NCBI GenBank assembly: GCA_963714975.1
Contig: CAVQQD010000002.1
Location: forward strand, 1,088,001 to 1,152,000
Length of the DNA stretch: 64,000 nucleotides
Reading direction: 5' to 3'
Origin: an uncultured Gammaproteobacteria bacterium
Lineage (GTDB): Bacteria > Pseudomonadota > Gammaproteobacteria > JAURND01
Each line of letters starts with the position of its first letter. Positions within the stretch are counted from its first letter, which is position 1. Shown one piece after another: positions 31,000 through 39,484 of the stretch. The position numbers were made by a program, and so were the translations under genes. The notes beneath the pieces were generated by a model. That model did no database searches, was not told where the DNA came from, and was given only the letters and a program-made list of their open reading frames with translations.

Positions 31000-32289
31000 C
31001 TAAGCCCCCCTATCAATAACTTTCGCTGAGCTGCCATTTTCACAAGCAGTAATTAATTCATTTTGCAGGGGCATCAAATCTTGGCGATTTTTTTCACCCA
31101 GGGGAGCTGTTTGGTTGACTTCACTCAATGAGGTGGTGCTAGAGCAACTAGATCCAAAGAAAGCCGATTGACTGGCATGGAGAGAAGGAGGAGTGCTAAT
31201 CGATGATGGTATTGTAACTAGGGTTTGCTGTGTCTCCAGGCTAGATTGTGGCATAAGGTGGGTGCTTTCCTTTTTTTCTGGTTCCTTAGGCGTCTTAATA
31301 TCGGTGGGTCGCGTAGAGACAAATTGGCTGCCATCGTTTAGCTTTTTTCCAGTAGAAGAGTTAGGGCTAATACTAGGTTGCGCCGTTTTTTCTTTTACTT
31401 CACTCTCTTGGACGACTTGCCATAATTGATCGAGCTGCTTGACCAATAATTCAGCCTCAGGACGTTTTTCAGGTGCTTGCCAACACTCTTGAACAATCGT
31501 TTTAAATCCTGCAGGTGTATCAGGTGGAAAAGTTTCTTTCTTTCCACCTATAATCAAATCGACAAGCATACCTGTCACTTCTTTATAGGGTGCTTTACGG
31601 CTGGCTAACTCCCACAGTATCATACCTGCGCTATACACATCCGATTTTTTTGTGGACGGGTTACGTTGGAGAATTTCAGGAGCAGCCCACAATATACTGC
31701 CTTGAAAATCACTGCCTTGAAAATCTTCTTCAGGGATCGCTGCAGAGCTGGTTTTAAACTTTGCTGAGCCAAAGTCAGCTAATTTAGCACGACCATTACT
31801 ATTGAGCAGAACATTGGGGCTTTTTAAATCACAATGCAAAATATCTTTATTGTGTAAATCACGTAGACCAATACTGATATCTAAGCCAATACGATAACGG
31901 GTATCCCAAGAGATATTTTGTCTACTGTGTAATAAATCATATAAGTTACCTCCCGGCATATATTCCATCACCAAGCAATAATGTGGTTTTTCTAAGCTGA
32001 TACCTTTGAATTGCACTAAATGCTTAGAATAGGTGCTAGCTAGCACCATCACAGCCGCTTCGTTGCAAATTTCTTTTTCAATTTCTTCGTGAGTGAAGTA
32101 TTTTTTAATGGCTACAGTTTCAGAATTCCATTTTCCTCGGAACACTGCAGCAGAACCGCCTTTAGCTAAAGGCTCATCTTCATAATCGTATACTAAATCC
32201 CCATGGCGAATCCTAAAAAATTCTCCATACGACTGGATGAGTGGTTTGGAAGATTGGAGTTTGGTTTCAATGAGTTGGTCTTGTGCCAA
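31000..32289 (-). CDS. Eukaryote-like (TKL/MLK-type) Ser/Thr protein kinase, candidate effector, possibly a fragment
   Basis: VFRGKW..VAIKK, VMEYMPGGNL, LHCDLKSPNVLL, ADFG, WAAPE and SDVYSAG.ILWEL; Ser/Thr/Pro-rich tail; TTG start with AGGAG RBS. Confidence 0.88.
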   Translation of the reverse strand: MAQDQLIETKLQSSKPLIQSYGEFFRIRHGDLVYDYEDEPLAKGGSAAVFRGKWNSETVAIKKYFTHEEIEKEICNEAAVMVLASTYSKHLVQFKGISLEKPHYCLVMEYMPGGNLYDLLHSRQNISWDTRYRIGLDISIGLRDLHNKDILHCDLKSPNVLLNSNGRAKLADFGSAKFKTSSAAIPEEDFQGSDFQGSILWAAPEILQRNPSTKKSDVYSAGMILWELASRKAPYKEVTGMLVDLIIGGKKETFPPDTPAGFKTIVQECWQAPEKRPEAELLVKQLDQLWQVVQESEVKEKTAQPSISPNSSTGKKLNDGSQFVSTRPTDIKTPKEPEKKESTHLMPQSSLETQQTLVTIPSSISTPPSLHASQSAFFGSSCSSTTSLSEVNQTAPLGEKNRQDLMPLQNELITACENGSSAKVIDRGA

Positions 32290-32372
32290 GGATGTGCTCT
32301 CCTTTTTGTTATCGTGTTCTTGGATTGGAGTCGCAGCAGATAAACTAATCTAGGGATTAAGAATGAAACTTA

Positions 32373-32460
32373 TGGTGCCCGAGGCCGGAGTCGAACCGGC
32401 ACGGGATAAACTCCCGAGGGATTTTAAGTCCCTTGCGTCTACCTATTCCGCCACCCGGGC
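32373..32460 (-). tRNA. tRNA-Leu(TAA)
   Basis: GCCCGGGTGGCGGAATAGGTAGACGCAAGGGAC-TTAAAA-TCCC...GGTTCGACTCCGGCCTCGGGCACCA, with long variable arm and encoded CCA. Confidence 0.96.
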
Positions 32461-32475
32461 TATGCATTGCTATTA

Positions 32476-32546
32476 AGGCTGGGGTCGGAATCGAACCGGC
32501 GTCCACGGCTTTGCAGGCCGCTGCATAACCACTCTGCCACCCAGCC
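32476..32546 (-). tRNA. tRNA-Cys(GCA)
   Basis: GGCTGGGTGGCAGAGTGGTTATGCAGCGGCCT-GCA-AAGCCG...GGTTCGATTCCGACCCCAGCCT; CCA not encoded. Confidence 0.96.
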
Positions 32547-32601
32547 AAGGTCGCAAATCATCGCACATTTTTTTCGAAGCGCAAAGAAGATTATGGATTT
32601 T

Positions 32602-32716
32602 TCCCTCCCCCGCTTGCGGGTGAGGGTGAGGGTGCTCAAAATAGCTTAAAGCTACAAAGAGCTTTCTCATCCGGCCTTCGACCACCTTCTCCCTCAAAAA
32701 AGCATTGTGGGAGAAG
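32602..32716. repeat. Two degenerate family A/B repeats between the tRNAs and fumC
   Basis: CCCTCCCCCGCTTGCGGGTGAGGG and CTCATCCGGCCTTCGACCACCTTCTCCC...GGGAGAAG. Confidence 0.7.
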
Positions 32717-32773
32717 AAGTTTTCTGGTTTATTATGGTCGCATCCTAAGCTCATTCTAATTGGAGAATACAAC

Positions 32774-34162
32774 ATGGCACAGACGAGAATAGAAAGCGAT
32801 AGTATGGGGAAGATCACCGTACCGGCAGATCATTATTGGGGAGCGCAAACGGAGCGTTCACTCCATCATTTCAATATCGGCAATGACCTCATGCCCCAAG
32901 AAATCATAGAGGCTTTTGCTATCTTAAAAAAGGCCGCTGCTTTGGCTAATCAATCTTTAGGACAGCTATCGAGTGAGCATGCCGGTCTGATCGTGCAAGC
33001 CGCAGATGAGATCCTCGCCGGGAAATGGAACGACGAATTTCCCCTGCGGGTTTGGCAAACGGGCAGCGGTACTCAAACTAATATGAATGTCAATGAAGTC
33101 ATTGCCAATCGTGCCATTGAACTGGCGGGGGGGCAGATTGGCAGTAAAACTCCAATTCATCCCAATGACCATGTGAATCAATCCCAATCTTCGAATGACA
33201 CCTTTCCCACGGCCATGCACATTGCCGCCGCCTGCGCCATCGTGCGACGCCTATTACCTGCCCTCGTAGATCTTAGAAACGCTTTACATGAAAAAATGTT
33301 GGCTTTTGATGACCTAGTAAAAATTGGTCGCACGCATTTGCAAGATGCTGTTCCGATGACCCTAGGCCAAGAATTTTCCGGCTATGTGGCGCAACTTGAG
33401 GCCGATATTCAGCGTATTGAGTCTACCTTGCCTGGACTCCACGAACTAGCCATTGGTGGAACAGCTGTTGGCACTGGCCTGAATGCTCCTCCCGAATTTG
33501 GATCACGCACTGCCCAAGAAATTTCCCAAATCACGGGTTTGCCCTTTGTAAGCGCTTCCAATAAATTCGCCGCGCTCGCTGCCCATGATGCCATAGTGAT
33601 GACCAGCGGTGCCTTAAAAACTCTAGCCTGCTCTTTGATGAAAATTGCTAATGATATTCGTTGGTTAGCCTCCGGCCCGCGCGCTGGCCTGGGCGAATTA
33701 ATTTTACCGGAAAATGAACCCGGTTCTTCCATTATGCCCGGTAAAGTCAACCCTACCCAATGCGAGGCTATGACGATGGTGTGTGTGCAAGTGATGGGAA
33801 ATGATGTGACCATTGGCTTTGCAGGTTCACAAGGTAATTTCGAGTTGAATGTGTTCAAACCAGTGATGATTTTCAATTTATTGAATTCAATTCGACTGCT
33901 TACTGATGCTTCTCATTCTTTCACTGAATTTGCCATTAAGGGTCTAAAAGCCGATGAGAAAAAAATCAAAGAAAACGTAGACCGCTCCTTGATGTTAGTC
34001 ACAGCCTTAAGTCCCTTCATTGGCTATGATAAAGCCGCAAAAATTGCCCTCACTGCCCACCATGATGGCACAAGCCTTAAAGAAGCTGCCCTCAAACTGG
34101 GGTATCTTACCGCTGAAGAATTCGATCGAATGCTGCAACCAGAAACCATGTGTGGGCCTTAA
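32774..34162 (+). CDS. fumC: Class II fumarate hydratase
   Basis: [21 protein letters not shown] and [15 protein letters not shown]; start ATG 32774 after GGAG. Confidence 0.97.
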   Translation: MAQTRIESDSMGKITVPADHYWGAQTERSLHHFNIGNDLMPQEIIEAFAILKKAAALANQSLGQLSSEHAGLIVQAADEILAGKWNDEFPLRVWQTGSGTQTNMNVNEVIANRAIELAGGQIGSKTPIHPNDHVNQSQSSNDTFPTAMHIAAACAIVRRLLPALVDLRNALHEKMLAFDDLVKIGRTHLQDAVPMTLGQEFSGYVAQLEADIQRIESTLPGLHELAIGGTAVGTGLNAPPEFGSRTAQEISQITGLPFVSASNKFAALAAHDAIVMTSGALKTLACSLMKIANDIRWLASGPRAGLGELILPENEPGSSIMPGKVNPTQCEAMTMVCVQVMGNDVTIGFAGSQGNFELNVFKPVMIFNLLNSIRLLTDASHSFTEFAIKGLKADEKKIKENVDRSLMLVTALSPFIGYDKAAKIALTAHHDGTSLKEAALKLGYLTAEEFDRMLQPETMCGP

Positions 34163-34221
34163 TTCAATTTTAAGACTTATGCTATATAATCTGGGATAAA
34201 TGCAAAAGCATAGGTGGCTAC

Positions 34222-35565
34222 ATGCAAAGTAAAGAGCAATATAGAAACCTAGATAAAGCGTTGGTAGTTGCGGCAGAAACAGGCAATACAACGCTTGTCA
34301 TTGAACTTCTTAAGGCGGGGGCAAACATTAATGCCGGATACCCATGGCCTAATGACACAGCACTTTCATGGGCGGCCTTTCACGGCCACGCACAGCTGGT
34401 AGAATTCTTCATTACAAAGAAAGCCAAACTGCCTGGTGCACTTGATAGAGCTTTTGGGAACAAGCAAATTCCTAGAAAAACCCGGCTTGCCATCGCGCAG
34501 TTATTGCTAGATGCAGGAGCTACATTTGATCCTCATTCTGATTATTATCACCATAGTGGGGCACTACGCAACTTCATCGCAGATTGGAACAACGAATTAA
34601 TTGATGCTGCAGCAAAGAATCAAGTTACGCGGTTAAACACTATAATTCAAGATATTCAAAACTCCTGCATTGCAAAATGCATCCAAATTTATAACAGAAT
34701 TACTTACGTACCTATAAAAATCCCCGGCATTGAGAATGCACGAAATCCCAATGGCGAAACGCCACTTCTAGTGGCGGCAAAGAACGGCCATGTAGAGATG
34801 GTACAGGCCCTTGTCGAAGTAAAAGAAACAATTAATGACTCCAGAGAAGCGGCACTTTTGTGGGCAGCTTTTCGTGGCCACAAAGAGGTTGTAAAAATCC
34901 TCATTCTCAACAAGACCAGCATTACCAGAAAAAACGCAGAGGGATTCACTATCCTCGATCTGGTTTTCCTGAACAACACAACTCCCGTTGAACCTAAGCT
35001 TGCTACCGCGGAGCTATTGATAAATGCGGGAGCTATTTTTATCAAGCGCGAAAAAGAAGTGCTCAATTTTCTCCAAAGCTGTAATCAAGCAGATAAGAGG
35101 GTTTACAAAATTCTAAACCATTTTTGCGAGAATTTTCCACAGAATGAAGCAGCACAAAATTATTTAAAAAGATTAGAAAAAACTATTCATCGTGAAAAGG
35201 TATTGCCAATTTTGGAAGGTCTTAATTTCTTGCCAACAGATTTATTACGTATAATTCAAGCGTATGATCACTATGACAACACTTCGCGACCTGAGATCAG
35301 CCTGGCAGAAATTGAGAACTTATTGCCAAAAGGAGTAAAGACAACTAGCAACAACACTTCATATCGGTTAGGGATTAAAAGCTTGTGTACTTTGCTTGCT
35401 CTAACTGCCACCATTACCACCTCTTTATTAACCACGGATTTATTGCCACTAGCAGCTTATTGGTCCATCATCGCCATTGAAATTTTAGCGACACTTATTT
35501 TAAGTACAGTGACAGGTACAGCTTTTTATAGGGCTTTTAATGCACCTCCTAAGATTTCTCAATGA
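34222..35565 (+). CDS. Ankyrin-repeat protein with F-box-like motif and two C-terminal TM helices (candidate effector)
   Basis: Ankyrin repeats (DTALSWAAFHGH, GETPLLVAAKNGH, ALLWAAFRGH), LNFLPTDLLRIIQAY and a hydrophobic C-terminus. Confidence 0.82.
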   Translation: MQSKEQYRNLDKALVVAAETGNTTLVIELLKAGANINAGYPWPNDTALSWAAFHGHAQLVEFFITKKAKLPGALDRAFGNKQIPRKTRLAIAQLLLDAGATFDPHSDYYHHSGALRNFIADWNNELIDAAAKNQVTRLNTIIQDIQNSCIAKCIQIYNRITYVPIKIPGIENARNPNGETPLLVAAKNGHVEMVQALVEVKETINDSREAALLWAAFRGHKEVVKILILNKTSITRKNAEGFTILDLVFLNNTTPVEPKLATAELLINAGAIFIKREKEVLNFLQSCNQADKRVYKILNHFCENFPQNEAAQNYLKRLEKTIHREKVLPILEGLNFLPTDLLRIIQAYDHYDNTSRPEISLAEIENLLPKGVKTTSNNTSYRLGIKSLCTLLALTATITTSLLTTDLLPLAAYWSIIAIEILATLILSTVTGTAFYRAFNAPPKISQ

Positions 35566-35642
35566 TTGCCATAATCTTAATTCGGCTGCTGCGTTGGTTT
35601 CTTCTTAACTGTTTTTGGAAAGTTTTTAGCATGAATCTTGTT

Positions 35643-35717
35643 ACCCCTCATCCGCCTTCGGCACCTTCTCCCACAAGGGGAGAAGGAAAATCTACCCACT
35701 CGATTCTACATAGAACC
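35643..35717. repeat. Family A repeat with shared 3' flank (CGATTCTACATAGAACC)
   Basis: ACCCCTCATCCGCCTTCGGCACCTTCTCCCACAAGGGGAGAAGG, core identical to 52292-52335; flank shared with ~41269-41285. Confidence 0.88.
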
Positions 35718-35822
35718 ATAATTCTTTACGCTTAATTTTATTTTAAGAAAGGCCATGTATACTCCTCAGAAATAACCAATTGATAACTGATAAACTGATA
35801 GCCAACACGAAAGGAGGTAAAT

Positions 35823-36422
35823 ATGCAAGATCCAGACTCACCAAATACTGCTACCAAAAACATAAAATTTCAACCAGGAAGCATGATAGGTTGGGCAGGT
35901 ATTAGTATGTTTTCCATTATGTCCATAGCATCAGCTGTTGTCTATTTTTCTCCAATAGCTGGAGTACCCATGCCTCTACTAGAATGGGAACCTGGGACTT
36001 TCTGGGGTAACTTTAATATCGCCTCAACCATTTTAATAGGTATAAGCGTCCTATTAGCTCTTGGCTATACCGCATTAGAGAAACGAGTTGATCCAAATAA
36101 ATTAGAAGAAACACAACTCCAGGATGAAAAATTGCGTTCAGATATGAAAAAATGTTTAGGTCCCTTAAGTTTCTCCATAGGCACAGGATCAGCAGTGATT
36201 GGAGGTATGATGTTTTTATCATTCGTAGCTACAACACCTATAGCTCTTGCGGGTAACAATCCCGCTCCGATAACAAACTGGGATCCAAGTGAATTTTGGG
36301 GCAGATTTAATATCACAGCCATAATTTTGTTGATAGCTGGTCTGCTAGTAGCTAAGGCAGGGAAAGGTTTGATGGGAAAGAACGACAATGTCGTTCACCC
36401 TGCGAAGCTATTTTGGAATTGA
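35823..36422 (+). CDS. Hypothetical 4-TM membrane protein with internal duplication
   Basis: Strong AGGAGG RBS; the motif W[ED]P..FWG.FNI occurs twice. Confidence 0.75.
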   Translation: MQDPDSPNTATKNIKFQPGSMIGWAGISMFSIMSIASAVVYFSPIAGVPMPLLEWEPGTFWGNFNIASTILIGISVLLALGYTALEKRVDPNKLEETQLQDEKLRSDMKKCLGPLSFSIGTGSAVIGGMMFLSFVATTPIALAGNNPAPITNWDPSEFWGRFNITAIILLIAGLLVAKAGKGLMGKNDNVVHPAKLFWN

Positions 36423-36447
36423 TTAAATCTTAAGGAAAGGATATAGT
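36419..36447 (+). promoter_or_regulatory. Sigma70 promoter of ffs-dnaX (copy 1)
   Basis: TTGATT-17 bp-TATAGT. Confidence 0.6.
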
Positions 36448-36466
36448 CTTGATTCTTTTATGAACA

Positions 36467-36576
36467 TGGGCGGCTCTTGGTCCCTGTGCAACGCTATATT
36501 GTGAACCCCGTCAGGCCCGGAAGGGAGCAGCGGCAGCAGTAAATTCGGGTGCGCAGTAGGGCTAATGAGCCGCCCA
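36467..36576 (+). ncRNA. ffs: SRP 4.5S RNA, copy 1
   Basis: Domain IV GTCAGGCCCGGAAGGGAGCAGC; terminal stem TGGGCGGCTC/GAGCCGCCCA; upstream of dnaX. Confidence 0.93.
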
Positions 36577-36602
36577 CCCTGTAATATATGTAAGTAATCT
36601 GA

Positions 36603-38258
36603 ATGTCCTATCAAGTTCTAGCGCGCAAATGGCGCCCCCAGAGTTTTCAAGAAATTGTTGGTCAGTCCATTGTAGTGCGCACCTTAATCAATGCATTGGA
36701 CCAGCAGCGCCTGCATCATGCCTATTTATTTACGGGGACGCGAGGGGTCGGCAAAACCACGCTGGCGCGAATATTAGCCAAGTGTTTTAACTGCGAACAA
36801 GGCGTTACCTCCCAACCTTGCAATCAATGTGCCACTTGCCAAGCGATTACCCAGGGGAAATTTTTTGACCTATTTGAAATTGACGCTGCTTCACGCACCA
36901 AAGTAGAAGATACCAGAGACTTACTCTACGATGTGCAATGCGCCCCTACCCAAGGGCGCTATAAAATTTACATCATCGATGAAGTGCATATGCTCTCTAA
37001 TCATAGTTTTAATGCGCTACTCAAAACTTTAGAAGAGCCACCCCAACATGCGAAATTTTTCCTAGCTACTACTGATCCACAACGTCTACCCCTGACCATT
37101 TTGTCTCGTTGCCTGCAATTTCAGCTTAAAAATTTATCATCGGCGCAAATCAGCAAGCATTTGAGCACTATCTTGGAGCAAGAACAAATTGATTATGACA
37201 GCGATGCCTTACACTATTTATCCCAAGCCGCTCAAGGCAGCGTTCGAGATGCCCTAAGTTTGCTGGATCAAGCCATTGCTTATGGGAATGGTCAAGTGAG
37301 AACAGCTGAAGTAAAAGCTTTATTAGGCGCCACAGAGCTAGACTTACTCACTGATTTACTCCTAGCCTTGGCCAATAAAAATGGACACCAATTAATCCAA
37401 CTTATTGGCAAACTCGCAGATTCTGGCACTGATTTTGCGGCAGCCCTGGAAGATCTTTTAGCCTTAATCCATCAAATTGCCGTGCAGCAAGCCGTCCCCG
37501 ACCTATGCACCGATGTCATCTCAACCAAAGATATCACCAAAACTACAGATACTATCTCAACTACAGATGTCATCCCGAGCGCAGCGAGGGATCTCGCTAA
37601 TACTCTCAGTGCAGAAGAAGTCCAGTTATACTACCAAATTGGCATCATGGGGCGCCGGGACTTACCATTAGCTCCTACCCCTCGTAGCGGCTTTGAAATG
37701 ATTATGCTACGGATGCTTGCATTTCGCCCCCAAGCCTTGCCAGCAACCCGCAGCGAAGAAAGTACTAAATATTATAATACCGCACAGGTGGAAAATACCG
37801 CGCCTACGGCCCCACTACAAAAACCCGTGCTACAAAAACCCGCGCTACAAAAAGAAGATCGCCAAGATCATTGGCAACAACTTCTATCACAACTTAATTT
37901 ACAAGGCGTCGCTTATGTACTGGCCTCACACTGCGTACAAACTAAGCAGAACATTGAAGAAATCGAGTTACTGTTAGATAGTGCTCATGCCGCCCTCTTA
38001 AACAAAACAGCGGAACAGCGCATCGAAGCAGCACTACAAGCTTATTTACAGCATCCCATTCGGCTACAAATTAAAATCGGTTCATCACAACAGATAACAC
38101 CCGCATTACTTGACAAAGCACAGCAAGAAAAACAACAATCAGAAGCCGTTAAAGCGATTACCGAAGATGATCACGTACGTACTTTCATCAATCAATTTAA
38201 CGCACAAATCATACCGAATTCCATTAAAATCAGGAATGATGAGGCCTCTAAGTTATGA
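36603..38258 (+). CDS. dnaX: DNA polymerase III subunit gamma/tau
   Basis: MSYQVLARKWRP, GTRGVGKTT, Zn-binding cysteines, IIDEVHML and SRC; C-terminal tau domain present. Confidence 0.97.
   Translation: MSYQVLARKWRPQSFQEIVGQSIVVRTLINALDQQRLHHAYLFTGTRGVGKTTLARILAKCFNCEQGVTSQPCNQCATCQAITQGKFFDLFEIDAASRTKVEDTRDLLYDVQCAPTQGRYKIYIIDEVHMLSNHSFNALLKTLEEPPQHAKFFLATTDPQRLPLTILSRCLQFQLKNLSSAQISKHLSTILEQEQIDYDSDALHYLSQAAQGSVRDALSLLDQAIAYGNGQVRTAEVKALLGATELDLLTDLLLALANKNGHQLIQLIGKLADSGTDFAAALEDLLALIHQIAVQQAVPDLCTDVISTKDITKTTDTISTTDVIPSAARDLANTLSAEEVQLYYQIGIMGRRDLPLAPTPRSGFEMIMLRMLAFRPQALPATRSEESTKYYNTAQVENTAPTAPLQKPVLQKPALQKEDRQDHWQQLLSQLNLQGVAYVLASHCVQTKQNIEEIELLLDSAHAALLNKTAEQRIEAALQAYLQHPIRLQIKIGSSQQITPALLDKAQQEKQQSEAVKAITEDDHVRTFINQFNAQIIPNSIKIRNDEASKL
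37509..37595 (+). repeat. In-frame repeat-derived insert in dnaX: four degenerate 18-nt units ending in GTCATCCCGAGCGCAGCGAGGGATCTC (family C)
   Basis: Encodes TDVIST-KDITKT-TDTIST-TDVIPS-AARDL; the reverse complement of the family C end occurs intergenically at 57178-57205. Confidence 0.75.
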
Positions 38259-38291
38259 GGGAAACAGAGGAGTTTTTTTATTTATAACCAA

Positions 38292-38433
38292 TGACGATCC
38301 CAAGGTCGCTGGCAATCTTACTCGTGCTGCTTTCAATGATGCAACTACCAAGCTCAAAGCAGTGAGGCAACAAGAAGTGGTATCTGTGTACGAAAAATCC
38401 GGTTTACCATTGACGGGTGAAGGAGAAGAGTAA
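38292..38433 (+). pseudogene. 5'-deleted ybaB remnant (duplicate copy)
   Basis: Matches the 3' end of 39109-39474 (TRAAFNDATTKLKAV..YEKSGLPLTGE); the start and N-terminal two-thirds are deleted. Confidence 0.85.
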
Positions 38434-38443
38434 CTACAGTAAA

Positions 38444-38544
38444 GTGAGTAATCGTATGTTCACCCCCCCCTGGTGCAACAATTAATCGATCACTTACGTT
38501 GTTTAGCTGGCGTTGGGCCAAAGTCTACCCGACGCATTGCTTTT
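38444..38544 (+). pseudogene. recR 5' fragment (frameshifted, truncated duplicate)
   Basis: Near-identical to the first ~100 nt of 39485-; expanded C-run at 38463-38470; ends at a degenerate repeat. Confidence 0.85.
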
Positions 38545-38550
38545 TGAAAT

Positions 38551-38579
38551 ACCCTTATCCGCCTTCGGCAGGGGGAGGG
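38551..38579. repeat. Degenerate family A repeat at the duplication junction
   Basis: ACCCTTATCCGCCTTCGGCA-GGGGGAGGG (internally deleted A element). Confidence 0.7.
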
Positions 38580-38590
38580 CTGGTTCAAAT

Positions 38591-38619
38591 TTGATTAAAT
38601 CTTAAGAAAAGGGTATAAT
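38591..38619 (+). promoter_or_regulatory. Sigma70 promoter of ffs-(mini-dnaX)-ybaB-recR (copy 2)
   Basis: TTGATT-17 bp-TATAAT. Confidence 0.7.
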
Positions 38620-38638
38620 GTAGGCTCTTTTGTGAACA

Positions 38639-38748
38639 TGGGCGGCTCTTGGTCCCTGCGCAACGCTATATTGTGAACCCCGTCAGGCCCGGAAGGGAGC
38701 AGCGGCAGCAGTAAATTCGGGTGCGCAGTAGGGCTAATGAGCTGCCCA
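38639..38748 (+). ncRNA. ffs: SRP 4.5S RNA, copy 2
   Basis: Same 110-nt sequence as copy 1 with two substitutions, both compatible with base pairing. Confidence 0.93.
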
Positions 38749-38785
38749 CCCTGTAATGTATGTGATTATATTGTAAGTAAGCTGA

Positions 38786-39058
38786 ATGTCCTATCAAGTT
38801 CTAGCGCGCAAATGGCGCCCCCAGAGTTTTCAAGAAGCGGAACAGCGCATCGGAGCAGCACTACAAGAAATTAAAATTGGTTCATCACAACAGATAACAC
38901 CAGTATTACTTGACAAAGCACAGCAAGAAAAACAACAATCAGAAGCCGTTAAAGCGATCACTGAAGATGACCATGTACGTACTTTCATCAATCAATTTAA
39001 CGCACAAATCATACCGAACTCCATCAAAATTAGGAATGATGAGGCCTCTAAGTTATGA
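38786..39058 (+). pseudogene. Internally deleted dnaX duplicate (in-frame 90-aa mini-tau; may be expressed)
   Basis: First 17 codons of dnaX fused to the C-terminal region through in-frame deletions of 1356 nt and 27 nt. Confidence 0.8.
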
Positions 39059-39108
39059 GGGAAACAGAGGAATTTTTTTTATTTATAACCAACTATGAGG
39101 GTTTTACC

Positions 39109-39474
39109 ATGGCAAATAATATACCAGGCGCTTTAAGCAAAGAAGTTCTCGAATTCTTTCAACACAAAGGTCAAGATATGGTGCAGCATTTCCAAAAAAT
39201 GCAGACAGATCTTGAAAACAAACGTGTAGTAGGTCTCGGGGGCGTAGAAGATGAGGATGGTATCTTTGTTAAAACGACTTTAAACGGCTTGCAAGAATGC
39301 ATTAATGTTACTTATGGCAGCAGTGCATTTGACGATACCAAGGTCGCAGCTGACCTAACCCGTGCTGCTTTTAATGATGCAACCACCAAGCTCAAAGCAG
39401 TGATGCAGCAAGAAGTGGTATCTGTGTACGAAAAATCCGGTTTACCATTGACGGGTGAAGAAGGAGAAGAGTAA
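39109..39474 (+). CDS. ybaB: Nucleoid-associated protein YbaB/EbfC family (divergent)
   Basis: Lies between dnaX and recR; FQKMQTDLENKRVVG, TLNG and DLTRAAFNDA. Start ATG 39109 after GAGG. Confidence 0.8.
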   Translation: MANNIPGALSKEVLEFFQHKGQDMVQHFQKMQTDLENKRVVGLGGVEDEDGIFVKTTLNGLQECINVTYGSSAFDDTKVAADLTRAAFNDATTKLKAVMQQEVVSVYEKSGLPLTGEEGEE

Positions 39475-39484
39475 AGCGTAATAA

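Noticed and set aside
32357-32817. Short ORFs over the tRNA region
   Set aside because: They overlap tRNA-Cys/Leu and repeats and have no protein-like features.
37845-37860. dnaX -1 programmed frameshift producing gamma
   Set aside because: The sequence is CTA CAA AAA GAA, not an in-frame A AAA AAG slippery heptamer, and no clear stimulatory hairpin was seen.
38110-38433. 107-aa ORF as a real gene
   Set aside because: It is an alternative frame of the dnaX 3' end running into the ybaB remnant, a by-product of the deletion.
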